Notes under the pieces: generated by a model | The model's database searches: none | What the model saw: only the letters and a program-made list of their open reading frames with translations | Told to the model about the DNA's origin: nothing | Assembly: GCA_934162265.1 (NCBI GenBank) | Contig: CAKPHZ010000003.1 | Span: forward strand, 2,852-66,851 | Direction: 5' to 3' | DNA length: 64,000 nucleotides | Source of the DNA: an uncultured Bacilli bacterium | GTDB lineage: Bacteria > Bacillota_I > Bacilli_A > RF39 > UBA660 | Part shown: in pieces, positions 37,294 through 46,553 of the stretch | How the letters are laid out: the number at the start of each line of letters is the position of its first letter | Numbering within the stretch: the first letter of the stretch is position 1 | Translations under genes and position numbers: made by a program

Positions 37294-38289
37294 ATGGAAG
37301 AAATAGGTTGTCATTTTAAATTTGAAAAAATAATTGGTAATATTTATCACGATACAAATTTACTACTAAGTTCTGGTAGAAATTGTCTAAAATATATTAT
37401 TAATGAAAGAAATATAACAACATTATTTCTTCCATATTTCTTATGTGAAGCATTAAGTGAAGTTGCTGTATCTGAAAATGTAAAAATAGAATTTTACCAT
37501 ATTGATAATAATTTTATGCCATTAGATATAGATGAAAACAAACTAAATGACACAACCTATATTTACTTTGTAAATTATTATGGATTATTTAAAGATAATA
37601 TTCAAAAAATTATTGATAAATATAAATATGTAATAGTTGATAATACTCACGACTTTTTTTATAAAGACAATTACGGTGTAGATGTCATATACAATTATAG
37701 AAAATATTTTGGAGTTCCTGATGGAGCTTGTATAGTTAGTAATGATTTAGTTCCTAATTCTAAATACTCTAAAGGTAAAAGTTTAAATAAAGTGATTGAG
37801 ATGTTATCAAGAGATGAAACAGGACAATACTTCCATTATCTAACTTTTTTAGAAGCAGATAAACATTTTAGAAATGAAGATTTATGCTATATGTCTAATT
37901 TCACTGAAAACTATTTACGTGCAATAGATTATGAAACGGTACTAAAAAATAGATTAAGAAATTATGAGATGCTTTATGAATCACTAAAAAAATATAATCA
38001 ATTAGATTTATCTTCGAAACAGTTAACATATATGTATCCACTATTTGTATCTGACGGTAAATCTTTAAGAGCTTACTTAAAATCTAATAATATCTATTCA
38101 TTAAGATTATGGGCTAATATAAATTGGAATGGTGCTAATACAGATGAAATAACAAAAGCAGATAATATGGTTTTATTACCAATAGATCAACGTTATTCAG
38201 ATAATGAAATGGAATACATTGCAAGTGTAATTGATAAATATTATTCAAATAATCATAATAAAAGTAAAATTTTAGTCAAGGGGAAATAA
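37294..38289 (+). CDS. DegT/DnrJ/EryC1-like PLP-dependent enzyme (divergent)
   Basis: The order SGRNCLKYII ... VIVDNTHDFF ... YNYRKYFGVPDGACIV matches the SGTAAL / EDaA / SFxxxK-GG layout of sugar aminotransferases. The assignment is tentative. Confidence 0.45.
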   Translation: MEEIGCHFKFEKIIGNIYHDTNLLLSSGRNCLKYIINERNITTLFLPYFLCEALSEVAVSENVKIEFYHIDNNFMPLDIDENKLNDTTYIYFVNYYGLFKDNIQKIIDKYKYVIVDNTHDFFYKDNYGVDVIYNYRKYFGVPDGACIVSNDLVPNSKYSKGKSLNKVIEMLSRDETGQYFHYLTFLEADKHFRNEDLCYMSNFTENYLRAIDYETVLKNRLRNYEMLYESLKKYNQLDLSSKQLTYMYPLFVSDGKSLRAYLKSNNIYSLRLWANINWNGANTDEITKADNMVLLPIDQRYSDNEMEYIASVIDKYYSNNHNKSKILVKGK

Positions 38290-38310
38290 TGAAAGAAGAA
38301 AACATTTTAC

Positions 38311-38967
38311 TTGGTTTCAAGTAATGAAGAAGTCAATAGTGTTTTAAACAATATGAAATCAAACTCTAAAGTATATTTGAAATTGATAACAGGATTACAA
38401 TTACTAGGTAATTTTGAAGGAAAAACAGAAATTGGTTTCTACGATAAAATAGATGATGATAAAGAGAAAAAAATAAGACTTTGGTGTACTGATTCTGATG
38501 ATAATCTATTTGTATTTTATGGATATTCTTCAGATAGAACTGATTTACTAAAAGTCACAAAAGAGACAAACGAAGAAACGTTAGAATATGATTTAACTTT
38601 AGCAAAAAAGTTTACTCTTAACTCTAATAATACAAATTTTACTAGATCTAATCAAATTTATGGCTTTAAATTTGGAAGATTAATAACTGGCAGTAATAAC
38701 TTTTATAGTTTGTTTTTAAGAGATGACATTGGTTATCAAATACAAGGAGATTTGAATACAAGCATAGTAAAAGAATTATTAAGTGAATTAAATAAATTAG
38801 AAAACTTGCCAAAGCTCACTGATTACTTAAATATCTTTGAAAGAATTTTAAGTGTTAAAGATATACATTTCTCTATATTATCAATATCAGCATTTAAAGA
38901 TTTTGAAAACATTGGCTCTTTTCAAATAAATGATAAAAAGTCAAAGAGCTTAACATTAAAAAAATAA
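38311..38967 (+). CDS. Hypothetical protein, last gene of the cargo operon (start uncertain: TTG 38311 or ATG 38353)
   Basis: 218-aa ORF. No motif recognised. Confidence 0.45.
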   Translation: MVSSNEEVNSVLNNMKSNSKVYLKLITGLQLLGNFEGKTEIGFYDKIDDDKEKKIRLWCTDSDDNLFVFYGYSSDRTDLLKVTKETNEETLEYDLTLAKKFTLNSNNTNFTRSNQIYGFKFGRLITGSNNFYSLFLRDDIGYQIQGDLNTSIVKELLSELNKLENLPKLTDYLNIFERILSVKDIHFSILSISAFKDFENIGSFQINDKKSKSLTLKK

Positions 38968-38994
38968 AACAAGTCAACTGGCTTGTTTTTGTTT
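38967..38994 (+). terminator. Rho-independent terminator of the cargo operon
   Basis: AAACAAGTC-AACT-GGCTTGTTT followed by a T-rich tail. Confidence 0.55.
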
Positions 38995-39059
38995 GCATTA
39001 ATAAGAGAATATGCTTGAAATTACAATTAATTCTATTAGATGATTTATTTTATCGAGCA

Positions 39060-39072
39060 ACTGGACCTACTG
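39060..39072. repeat. attR core of the serine-recombinase element
   Basis: ACTGGACCTACTG, identical to 28210-28222. Confidence 0.7.
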
Positions 39073-39449
39073 GTCCTCAAGGTGAAGCTGGTGCGCAAGG
39101 TGTTGCTGGAGCAATTGGTCCGACTGGACCTACTGGTCCTCAAGGTGAGGCTGGTGCGCAAGGTGTTGCTGGAGCGATTGGTCCGACTGGACCTACTGGA
39201 CCTCAAGGTGAGGCTGGTGCGCAAGGTGTTGCTGGAGCGATTGGTCCGACTGGACCTACTGGGCCTCAAGGTGAGGCTGGTGCGCAAGGTGTTGCTGGAG
39301 CAATTGGTCCGACTGGACCTACTGGTCCTCAAGGTGAAGCTGGTGCGCAAGGTGTTGCTGGAGCGATTGGGCCGACTGGACCTACTGGACCTCAAGGTGA
39401 AGCTGGTGCGCAAGGTGTTGCTGGAGCAATTGGGCCAACTGGACCTACT
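39072..39449 (+). repeat. Tandem repeat, 6 x 63 bp (a seventh unit lies at 28159-28221)
   Basis: Exactly 378 bp of head-to-tail 63-bp units. Every inter-unit difference I checked is at a synonymous third position. Confidence 0.95.
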
Positions 39450-39485
39450 GCTACATTATTATATTTCTTCTTGTTTTTTATATAA
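39073..39485 (+). CDS. BclA-like collagen-repeat protein, 3' segment of the split gene
   Basis: Six perfect repeats of [21 protein letters not shown] are followed by the short hydrophobic tail [11 protein letters not shown]. There is no own start or RBS, and the upstream frame reads through element DNA. Confidence 0.7.
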
Positions 39486-40010
39486 TATACATGTTAAATC
39501 ATGTGAATAAATTATACCAATTGCTTGTAGGTAAGAATAAATAATAGTAGAACCAACAAATTTCATTCCACGTACTTTTAAGTCATTGCTAATATTATCT
39601 GATAATTCATTTGTTGTTTTTCCGACTTCACAAATAATTTTCCCCTTTGTAAATGTTTCTAGATAATGATAGAAGGTTCCATATTCTTTTTTGATTTCTA
39701 TAAATATTCTAGCATTATTAATACTTGCTCTTATTTTTAATTGATTACGAATAATTTTTTTGTTTTGTAATAATTCTTGTATCTTTTCTTCAGAGTAATT
39801 AGCAATCTTTTCTGCATTAAAATTATCGTAAGCTAATCTAAAATCATCTCTTTTATTTAAAATACACTCCCAAGAAAGTCCTGCTTGAAAAGACTCTAAA
39901 ATGAGCATTTCAAATAAATAATCATCATTTGTATTTAATCTTCCCCATTCATTATCATGATAGTCTATATATTTTTCGTTATTTAAATTACACCATTTAC
40001 ATCTTTGCAT
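39459..40010 (-). CDS. tag: DNA-3-methyladenine glycosylase I
   Basis: [36 protein letters not shown] and a C-terminal HhH-like region. Confidence 0.85.
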   Translation of the reverse strand: MQRCKWCNLNNEKYIDYHDNEWGRLNTNDDYLFEMLILESFQAGLSWECILNKRDDFRLAYDNFNAEKIANYSEEKIQELLQNKKIIRNQLKIRASINNARIFIEIKKEYGTFYHYLETFTKGKIICEVGKTTNELSDNISNDLKVRGMKFVGSTIIYSYLQAIGIIYSHDLTCILYKKQEEI

Positions 40011-40012
40011 TT

Positions 40013-40942
40013 TTATCTTCCTTTAATATTTTTTTTGGAATTTTCCGAATATTTTTCTAAAATTGAATGAATAGCTTTTTCTTGAATAGTTTTTTCCATA
40101 AGTAATTTTTCTTCTGGTAATTCAAGAGCATTGGCAATATCATAAATCAAGAATTCATTACTACAGCGAATGCTACATGTTTTTAATATTTCTAAAAAAT
40201 ACTGAATTGAATTTTCTTTGGATAAACAATATTTTTCTGAAATGATTTCCATTATACCTCGAACAAATAGATAAGAAGATAGATAAGATAGTCTAAAAGA
40301 ACAAGATTTACCTGGTAAGATTGGATCATCTCCATACGTTCTTTCTCTTGATTTTTTTAGTAGTTCTTTCATACTATATATTTTGTCTTTATCTAAACTA
40401 ACTAAAACTTCTTGATGAGATAAAAATTCTTCTTCTAAATCTAATCCAAATAATGGCAATGCCTCTGCAACGCCTTCAGAAATTGCTTGATTTCCTGCCA
40501 TAAATTGTCCGAGAATAATATGTGAAAGTTCATGAATTTCATTTTCTATTCGTTCAATTTCTTTATTATTAATATCTTTGTTTTCTAAACAATTTTGACT
40601 TAGACAAAAAGCTAGATTAAATCCATCTAAATCATAGCAAGTAACAGATTTTCCTCCACCTTTTTTTCCTTTTGAAAATGTAGATGGAACTTGTAGTAAC
40701 TTAATAAAATTATCATCTGGAACAATATAAAGATAAAGAAACGGTTTTGCATTACTGGGATACTTTATTTGTAATTTTTCTAACATTTCTAATTCTTTTT
40801 GAAGTCTAATTAGATAGTTTGTATATATTCCTTTATCATATTTTTTAGCTAATTCACTTGATAATCTTATTTTAATTTTTTTATTAAATATTCTTAATTC
40901 TGAATTTTTTATATACTCTCTTAATTCGTCTCTTTCATACAT
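40013..40942 (-). CDS. Hypothetical protein with HExxH zinc-metallopeptidase motif
   Basis: IHELSHIILG followed by a downstream EGVAEALP. Confidence 0.45.
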   Translation of the reverse strand: MYERDELREYIKNSELRIFNKKIKIRLSSELAKKYDKGIYTNYLIRLQKELEMLEKLQIKYPSNAKPFLYLYIVPDDNFIKLLQVPSTFSKGKKGGGKSVTCYDLDGFNLAFCLSQNCLENKDINNKEIERIENEIHELSHIILGQFMAGNQAISEGVAEALPLFGLDLEEEFLSHQEVLVSLDKDKIYSMKELLKKSRERTYGDDPILPGKSCSFRLSYLSSYLFVRGIMEIISEKYCLSKENSIQYFLEILKTCSIRCSNEFLIYDIANALELPEEKLLMEKTIQEKAIHSILEKYSENSKKNIKGR

Positions 40943-41087
40943 TTTTTATTTCTCCTTTTTGGTTAAAATACTTAAATAGAATCATTCCTTAATAAAAAGA
41001 ATTTGATGGGTAAGTATTTTCTGTTCAAAAAGTAATATAACATAAAATTTTTTCTTTGACAAATCTTAAAAACATTAAAAAAAGAAG

Positions 41088-41645
41088 TCATTTTTTGAAC
41101 AAAACTTCCTTTTTTGTAATTGAATAAATAACTAAATCATCATATCCATCAATTAATTTATTTTTTCTTCTCTCTCTTAAAATACCATCTTTTTTCATTC
41201 CTGCTTTTTCCATTACTCGACCACTTGCTGGATTAGATGCATGATGTTTTGCTTCTACTAAATGAAAATTACATTCTTTAATTAAATATTCTATTACTAT
41301 TTTTAATGTTTCAGTAGCATATCCTTTTCCCCAAAATTTTGATCCAAATACATATCCTAATTCACAGTTATTATGCTTCTTGCTTAATTCAATTACACTT
41401 ATATTTCCAATTATTTCATGGTTATCTTTTAATTCTACAACCCAGTTATAACTTCCATTGCTATATTCCTTAATCCATTCATTAATAATTTGTTTTGTTT
41501 CATTATAATTTTTATTTGGATTAAATGAAACATATTTTGTTACCTTTTCATCATTTGCCCAATTATCAAACATTTTTATATAATCATTCTCATTAAATTT
41601 TCTTAATATTAATCTATTCGTTTCTAATGTCTTTGTATTATTCAT
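41088..41645 (-). CDS. GNAT N-acetyltransferase (RimJ/RimL-like)
   Basis: LETNRLILRKF..., GYVFGSKFWGKGYATE. Confidence 0.8.
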   Translation of the reverse strand: MNNTKTLETNRLILRKFNENDYIKMFDNWANDEKVTKYVSFNPNKNYNETKQIINEWIKEYSNGSYNWVVELKDNHEIIGNISVIELSKKHNNCELGYVFGSKFWGKGYATETLKIVIEYLIKECNFHLVEAKHHASNPASGRVMEKAGMKKDGILRERRKNKLIDGYDDLVIYSITKKEVLFKK

Positions 41646-41651
41646 ATCACT

Positions 41652-42383
41652 TCACCTTCTAATAGATACTTTTTCTGGTTTATACTCTAAATAGTTAAAA
41701 TGATTCTTAATAGCAAATTCTAAATAATTATCTATTATATTATTCATTATAATAGGAATATTTGTTAAAAATACATTTAGTTGTCCTGCATGTGAATCTT
41801 CTTTTGTGGATTCATTTTCATTTGTAGGGAAATCACTAATTCCTTTTATAATTACACATTCAACATTATTTGCTTTACAAATATAAGCAATAGCTGCTGA
41901 TTCTGTATCTGCTACTTTTATATTGTTTTCTTTTAATTCTAAATAATCTTTCCACATAACAACTGGTTTATCTGCTGTTCCCAATGTTCCTATATTTAAA
42001 TTATTATAATTACTCATATCAAGATAAACAGTAAAAGAGTCTTTGATTAATGGTTCAGTTTCTTTAACAGTACAATCATATTGAACTAGTTTATTAGGGA
42101 AAAATATATCTAAATTTTTATATTTATCATCTATACCTGCACAAGTTCCTGCTACTATTATTTTATTTAAATTAAAATGATCTATCATATATTGAGTAGA
42201 TGCAGAACAATTCATTTTTCTTACTCCACATCTATAAAAGATTACATCTTCTCCATATAAGTTCGTTTTAAAATATTCTCCAAAGGGAAAAGTATTACAA
42301 TCTTTAATATTAATATTAAATTTATTTAGTACTGCTTCCCATTCTGTTTGTGCAGCAATGCTTATTCCTATCATAAATTTCAC
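41652..42383 (-). CDS. Nucleoside phosphorylase superfamily protein (MTA/SAH nucleosidase-like)
   Basis: IGISIAAQTEWEAV, AGTCAGI and ADTESAAIAYIC. Confidence 0.6.
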   Translation of the reverse strand: MKFMIGISIAAQTEWEAVLNKFNINIKDCNTFPFGEYFKTNLYGEDVIFYRCGVRKMNCSASTQYMIDHFNLNKIIVAGTCAGIDDKYKNLDIFFPNKLVQYDCTVKETEPLIKDSFTVYLDMSNYNNLNIGTLGTADKPVVMWKDYLELKENNIKVADTESAAIAYICKANNVECVIIKGISDFPTNENESTKEDSHAGQLNVFLTNIPIIMNNIIDNYLEFAIKNHFNYLEYKPEKVSIRR

Positions 42384-42414
42384 TCCTTTTTTAACTTTAT
42401 ATATACCAATAATA

Positions 42415-42936
42415 TTATCTATTGACTTTACTTGTTACTTTCAATTCAGTATTTTTAGTTTCTATATGCTCATTACTTAATAATTGTTCAAGTTTCATAT
42501 TTTTAACTGACATACCTAATGATTCATAAAATTTTATTGCTGATTCATTAAATCCCCATACATTAAGTTCAATAGCATCAACATTTTCTTCACTTGCCTT
42601 TTCTTTTAAGAAATAATATAGCTTCTTGCCAATACCTTTTCTTCTAGAATTTTTATCAACAACAATAACTTCTATGAAATAAGTAGTTCTTTGCTTTGCA
42701 ATAGGAATGGCACGATTATTTTTTTTCGTAGCCATTAATAAACCATAAATCTTATCATCTTCTACATAAACATAATTAAAAGCATTAGTATCATTTAATA
42801 GTTCATTAAAATATTCTAATGGTAAAGGATTCCCATCATTATAAATATCAGGTCTATTTGTGCAATGTAATTCATGACCTTGATAAACAAGTTTCTTTAA
42901 TTCTTCATAATCTTTTTCTACTATTTTTCTAATCAT
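42415..42936 (-). CDS. GNAT N-acetyltransferase
   Basis: VVDKNSRRKGIGKKLY..., ELNVWGFNESAIKFYESLGM. Confidence 0.75.
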   Translation of the reverse strand: MIRKIVEKDYEELKKLVYQGHELHCTNRPDIYNDGNPLPLEYFNELLNDTNAFNYVYVEDDKIYGLLMATKKNNRAIPIAKQRTTYFIEVIVVDKNSRRKGIGKKLYYFLKEKASEENVDAIELNVWGFNESAIKFYESLGMSVKNMKLEQLLSNEHIETKNTELKVTSKVNR

Positions 42937-42988
42937 AATTTATCACTTCCTATCTTTTTCATTGTATCATAAATTTTTTATTTTTTAC

Positions 42989-43798
42989 TTACTTCTTTGT
43001 ACAGGAAAAATTTATTAATACATCATCATCTATATATCCTACATTTTTATAGGCTTTATTTGATGGAATATATTTATAATCTGTGTATAATGATACGTGA
43101 TTTCCTTTATTTAAAACTTTATTGGTAAGAACATATATTAAATTTGCAGCATAAGCTTTTCCTCTTTCAACTGGTAAGGTATATACTCCTGCTATTTTAG
43201 CATTTCCACCTATAACTCTATAAAATGCTTGGGATACTATTTTATTATCTTTATTTTTCCAAATATAGTAATTTCCATCTTTTAATTTTTTTTCTACTTC
43301 AACTTGGGCTTCCTTAATTGTAAGTTCTTTTACATCAGAAATTTCTCTAAATTCATCATACATAAATTTTGTTAATATTTCTTTATCATTTTCATTTGCT
43401 AATTCACACTTACCATCAGTTACTTTAGGTTTAATTGTGGAGTTACATACTAAATATCCCATTTCAAAATAATAATCGCCTAAATTTTTAAAATTATCCT
43501 GTTTTAATAAATTATATAATTCTCTCTTGCAAGTAAATCTTGTATCAATATTCAATCTGTATAAATTAATTGCTTCTTCCATTTCTGAAAGCAAAGAAAT
43601 ATCAAAATTATCTTTTGTCCATATCCATGTGGGATAATTTTTTTCTCCCCGACATAAAACATAGTTTTCTTCATCACTGTATAATTCTAAAGTTTCACTT
43701 TCTAGATTTTGCAATATTAAAAAAAACTTATATTTATCCTTTTGAAATGGTTCGCTGTTAAATATTTTATTATTAGCTTGTATTCTTTTTATCATCAA
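42989..43798 (-). CDS. GNAT-like acetyltransferase (C-terminal domain)
   Basis: AGVYTLPVERGKAYAANLI ... YKNVGY. Confidence 0.5.
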   Translation of the reverse strand: MMIKRIQANNKIFNSEPFQKDKYKFFLILQNLESETLELYSDEENYVLCRGEKNYPTWIWTKDNFDISLLSEMEEAINLYRLNIDTRFTCKRELYNLLKQDNFKNLGDYYFEMGYLVCNSTIKPKVTDGKCELANENDKEILTKFMYDEFREISDVKELTIKEAQVEVEKKLKDGNYYIWKNKDNKIVSQAFYRVIGGNAKIAGVYTLPVERGKAYAANLIYVLTNKVLNKGNHVSLYTDYKYIPSNKAYKNVGYIDDDVLINFSCTKK

Positions 43799-43889
43799 AT
43801 CACTTCCTATCTTTTTCGTTGTATCATAATTTTTTTGTTTTTTAATATAAAAAGCATAATACTTCTATATTAAGTTATTATGCTTCATA

Positions 43890-44321
43890 TTAATTAAATT
43901 GTCCTTTTTTTTGTTTTACTAATATAGGACCTTTTTTCTTTGCCCATTTATATGGACTGCCTACACCATAATAATTTGGATCACTATCATAACCATTTTT
44001 ATCATTAAATCCATATAAATATGCCATATCATTACTATAGATAATCATTCTATGTTGTTTCAAATAATCAAATAAATTGTTATCTATATCATAATTTCCG
44101 ATTAATTCTTGTTGGTTTTTATCTTTTCCTTCTGTTGGTGTAATATAAGTATAATATGAACCTTTTTTACTTAAAACAAATCTTGGTTTAAGATCTATTC
44201 TACTAAACGATCTTAAATTTAATGCTGGACAATCTATTGTATTATTATTAAACACAATAAATTCAAAAGTAATACCATTAAACGTTGTTGCATAAAATCT
44301 TCCAATTTCTTGTCTTTCCAT
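43890..44321 (-). CDS. Hypothetical protein
   Basis: 143-aa ORF. Confidence 0.4.
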   Translation of the reverse strand: MERQEIGRFYATTFNGITFEFIVFNNNTIDCPALNLRSFSRIDLKPRFVLSKKGSYYTYITPTEGKDKNQQELIGNYDIDNNLFDYLKQHRMIIYSNDMAYLYGFNDKNGYDSDPNYYGVGSPYKWAKKKGPILVKQKKGQFN

Positions 44322-44718
44322 TAATATTCACTTCCTTTCTTTTTTGTGAATTACTGTTTTAAAGCAGAAAAAAATACAGTAATCACATAATTAGTGACTC
44401 CGTACTTTTAAAGTTCGTGTAGGTTAATACCCGAGATAGCTCACAAAGTGCTTATATCTCCTCACTTGTTTAAATATTATACATGATATTTTTCAAATGT
44501 CAATCCCATAAATTACTAAAAATTTTCTAATACTTGATTAACCTCACTAATTAACATTTGGAATATAATTGTTTCTCTAATAATTGATAAATTTCTTCTT
44601 TAGGCATCTTCTTTTGCCCCTTTTTTATTAAAATACTTATCTTTATTTTCATTTTAAACTTGATTTAAATCTACTTTTAATATTTTTCTTTAAAAAAGTA
44701 GATTTTTTAAGAATCGGC

Positions 44719-46464
44719 TTATTTACGCATTGCTTTCTTAGAAGTTTCAAGCAAACTTAGTTCCTTTTTGATAGAAAAGAGTGGAAAATTATTGTTTGTT
44801 GTTTGATTAATATGCACAATTTTAGCATTTAATAAATGCCAAAATCTTATATCACTTTTAACATCAATACCAATACAATTTCCATATGCCATATTACTTT
44901 CATTCGAATTTCCATCAGTTTCACGATAAAAACGAAAAGTTTTTTCATTAGAATTTATAATTAAATTTGAGATAAATTCAAAATCATTTTGAACATTTTC
45001 TCCCACATAATAAATGATAAAAGAATTAATCCCTTCTTGATTAGCACAACTTCTCATCAATTCAATATTATTTCGTAACTCTTCTGGAATGCAATTAAAC
45101 CATGTAGGTTTATTTAGTGCTAATAATTTAATGTTTTCAGGATTAGTTAAGATGTTTTTATGAAAGCTACTTATCCATCCACTTAAGTGAAATAATTTCT
45201 CATATTTATTCGTTACGATTGCTTTAAATACTTCATTATCCATTAGTATTTTTTTTACCTGTAATAATTCTTCTTCTCCATTTTCACTAACCCACTCTTC
45301 CTTGCCATCACTGTTTTTTTTCACTGTTATTTTAGAATAAGCTAAAATTGCTAATTTTTCTAATAAGAACATTTCATCATTATCACTAATTTCTTCTTTT
45401 GCTTTTTCTTCTTTCATCCTCATTTTCTTTAAAATAGTACTGTATTTTGGCAATTTTATAAAAGTAGCATTCGATGTATCAATTTTTTCTAAGGTTTGAC
45501 AATCAACATCTCCATCAGACAGACAAATTCTTACTATTCTCTCAATATTGTTTTTATAACTATCATCACTTAATAAATTATCTAGCCACTGTTCTAAATT
45601 TTTTTTCTCATTTGAAGGAATTATTGCTAAAATTGGTGCTTTATTCGCATAAATATCCCAATATTTTTTTAGAAAGTCAAAAATAATTTTTTTATCTTCA
45701 TTAGAAAAATTTTTATTTTTCATTAAGGATAACAAATTTTCTTTGGCAAAATCATAATTCTCTTCTAAATAAGCAGACTTATGATATTTATTATATGGAT
45801 TAAATGGAAACCCTTGTCCAGTAAATTGTGAAAACCATTCTGGAGAATTTATTCCATAGTAATATGAAACAAATGGAGTAGTTGAATAAGATACTTTATT
45901 TTCACAATTTAATTTTTGCCACCCAAAAATAAGGTGAATTCCATATTTTTCAAAAATACTATTTATTTCATTTATTTCTTGCTGAGGTGTAAATTTAAAA
46001 TTTGGATTTATTCCATTCCTTTGAATACTATTTAAAAATGTTGAATTAAATGCATGATATTTATATTCTTTTTCTTCTAAATTTTTGATTATATAAGAAC
46101 AAAAATTTCTTTTAATATTCTTGTCTTTTAAATCTTCTTTTGTTAGATTTAAAAAGTCTAATAGTTTATCTACGAATAATTTAGCAGTATATTCATCTAA
46201 TTCATAATTACTTTTTACATCACGTGCTTCTAAATCTAAACTGACAATTTTTTTCGCTATTTTTTCAAGAAATTGGGATAATCCTTCGGTTGACCAAATA
46301 CCATCTTTTTGGAATAAAGTTGCGTATTTTATTGAAATTCCTATAATGTATTCCAATAAACTTGTTTCAGAATTTGCGTTTTCACCACCTCTGAAATATG
46401 AAGAAATTGGTTCTAAGGCATGAATAAACTCATCAGATTCAAAATAATCTTCTATTTTCATCAA
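44719..46464 (-). CDS. Large hypothetical protein
   Basis: 581-aa uninterrupted ORF. No motif recognised. Confidence 0.5.
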   Translation of the reverse strand: MMKIEDYFESDEFIHALEPISSYFRGGENANSETSLLEYIIGISIKYATLFQKDGIWSTEGLSQFLEKIAKKIVSLDLEARDVKSNYELDEYTAKLFVDKLLDFLNLTKEDLKDKNIKRNFCSYIIKNLEEKEYKYHAFNSTFLNSIQRNGINPNFKFTPQQEINEINSIFEKYGIHLIFGWQKLNCENKVSYSTTPFVSYYYGINSPEWFSQFTGQGFPFNPYNKYHKSAYLEENYDFAKENLLSLMKNKNFSNEDKKIIFDFLKKYWDIYANKAPILAIIPSNEKKNLEQWLDNLLSDDSYKNNIERIVRICLSDGDVDCQTLEKIDTSNATFIKLPKYSTILKKMRMKEEKAKEEISDNDEMFLLEKLAILAYSKITVKKNSDGKEEWVSENGEEELLQVKKILMDNEVFKAIVTNKYEKLFHLSGWISSFHKNILTNPENIKLLALNKPTWFNCIPEELRNNIELMRSCANQEGINSFIIYYVGENVQNDFEFISNLIINSNEKTFRFYRETDGNSNESNMAYGNCIGIDVKSDIRFWHLLNAKIVHINQTTNNNFPLFSIKKELSLLETSKKAMRK

Positions 46465-46553
46465 TAAATCCTCTTTTCTTTATTTTTTTAATATTTATTT
46501 TTTTCTCTAATTAAAGTATACCATAAAAAAAGCAGATTTCTTAAAAAATTTGC

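Larger units (their letters stand above)
28223..39072. mobile_element. 10,850-bp gene-intervening element (large serine recombinase type) inserted in the collagen-like gene
   Basis: 13-bp direct core repeats flank the element, and sub-terminal inverted repeats lie at 28225-28243 and 39037-39055 (17/19 match). The recombinase gene sits at the left end. Deleting the element restores ...[16 protein letters not shown]... in frame. Confidence 0.8.

Noticed and set aside
39072-39449. Regular 63-bp periodicity that could be mistaken for a CRISPR array.
   Set aside because: The units are contiguous with no spacers, they are in frame and coding (GxY triplets), and no cas genes or leader are present.
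39040-39510. ORFs 39040-39510(+) and 39045-39413(-) across the 63-bp repeats.
   Set aside because: They are the same shadow-frame artefact of the tandem collagen repeat, with no start context.
44322-44718. About 400-bp gene-free spacer with several hairpins (ATTACTGT...ACAGTAAT; AATCTACTTTT...AAAAGTAGATT plus a T-run). I checked it for a riboswitch, tRNA or small RNA.
   Set aside because: No recognisable conserved RNA core. The hairpins are AT-rich and their orientation relative to the flanking genes is ambiguous. It is left unannotated.
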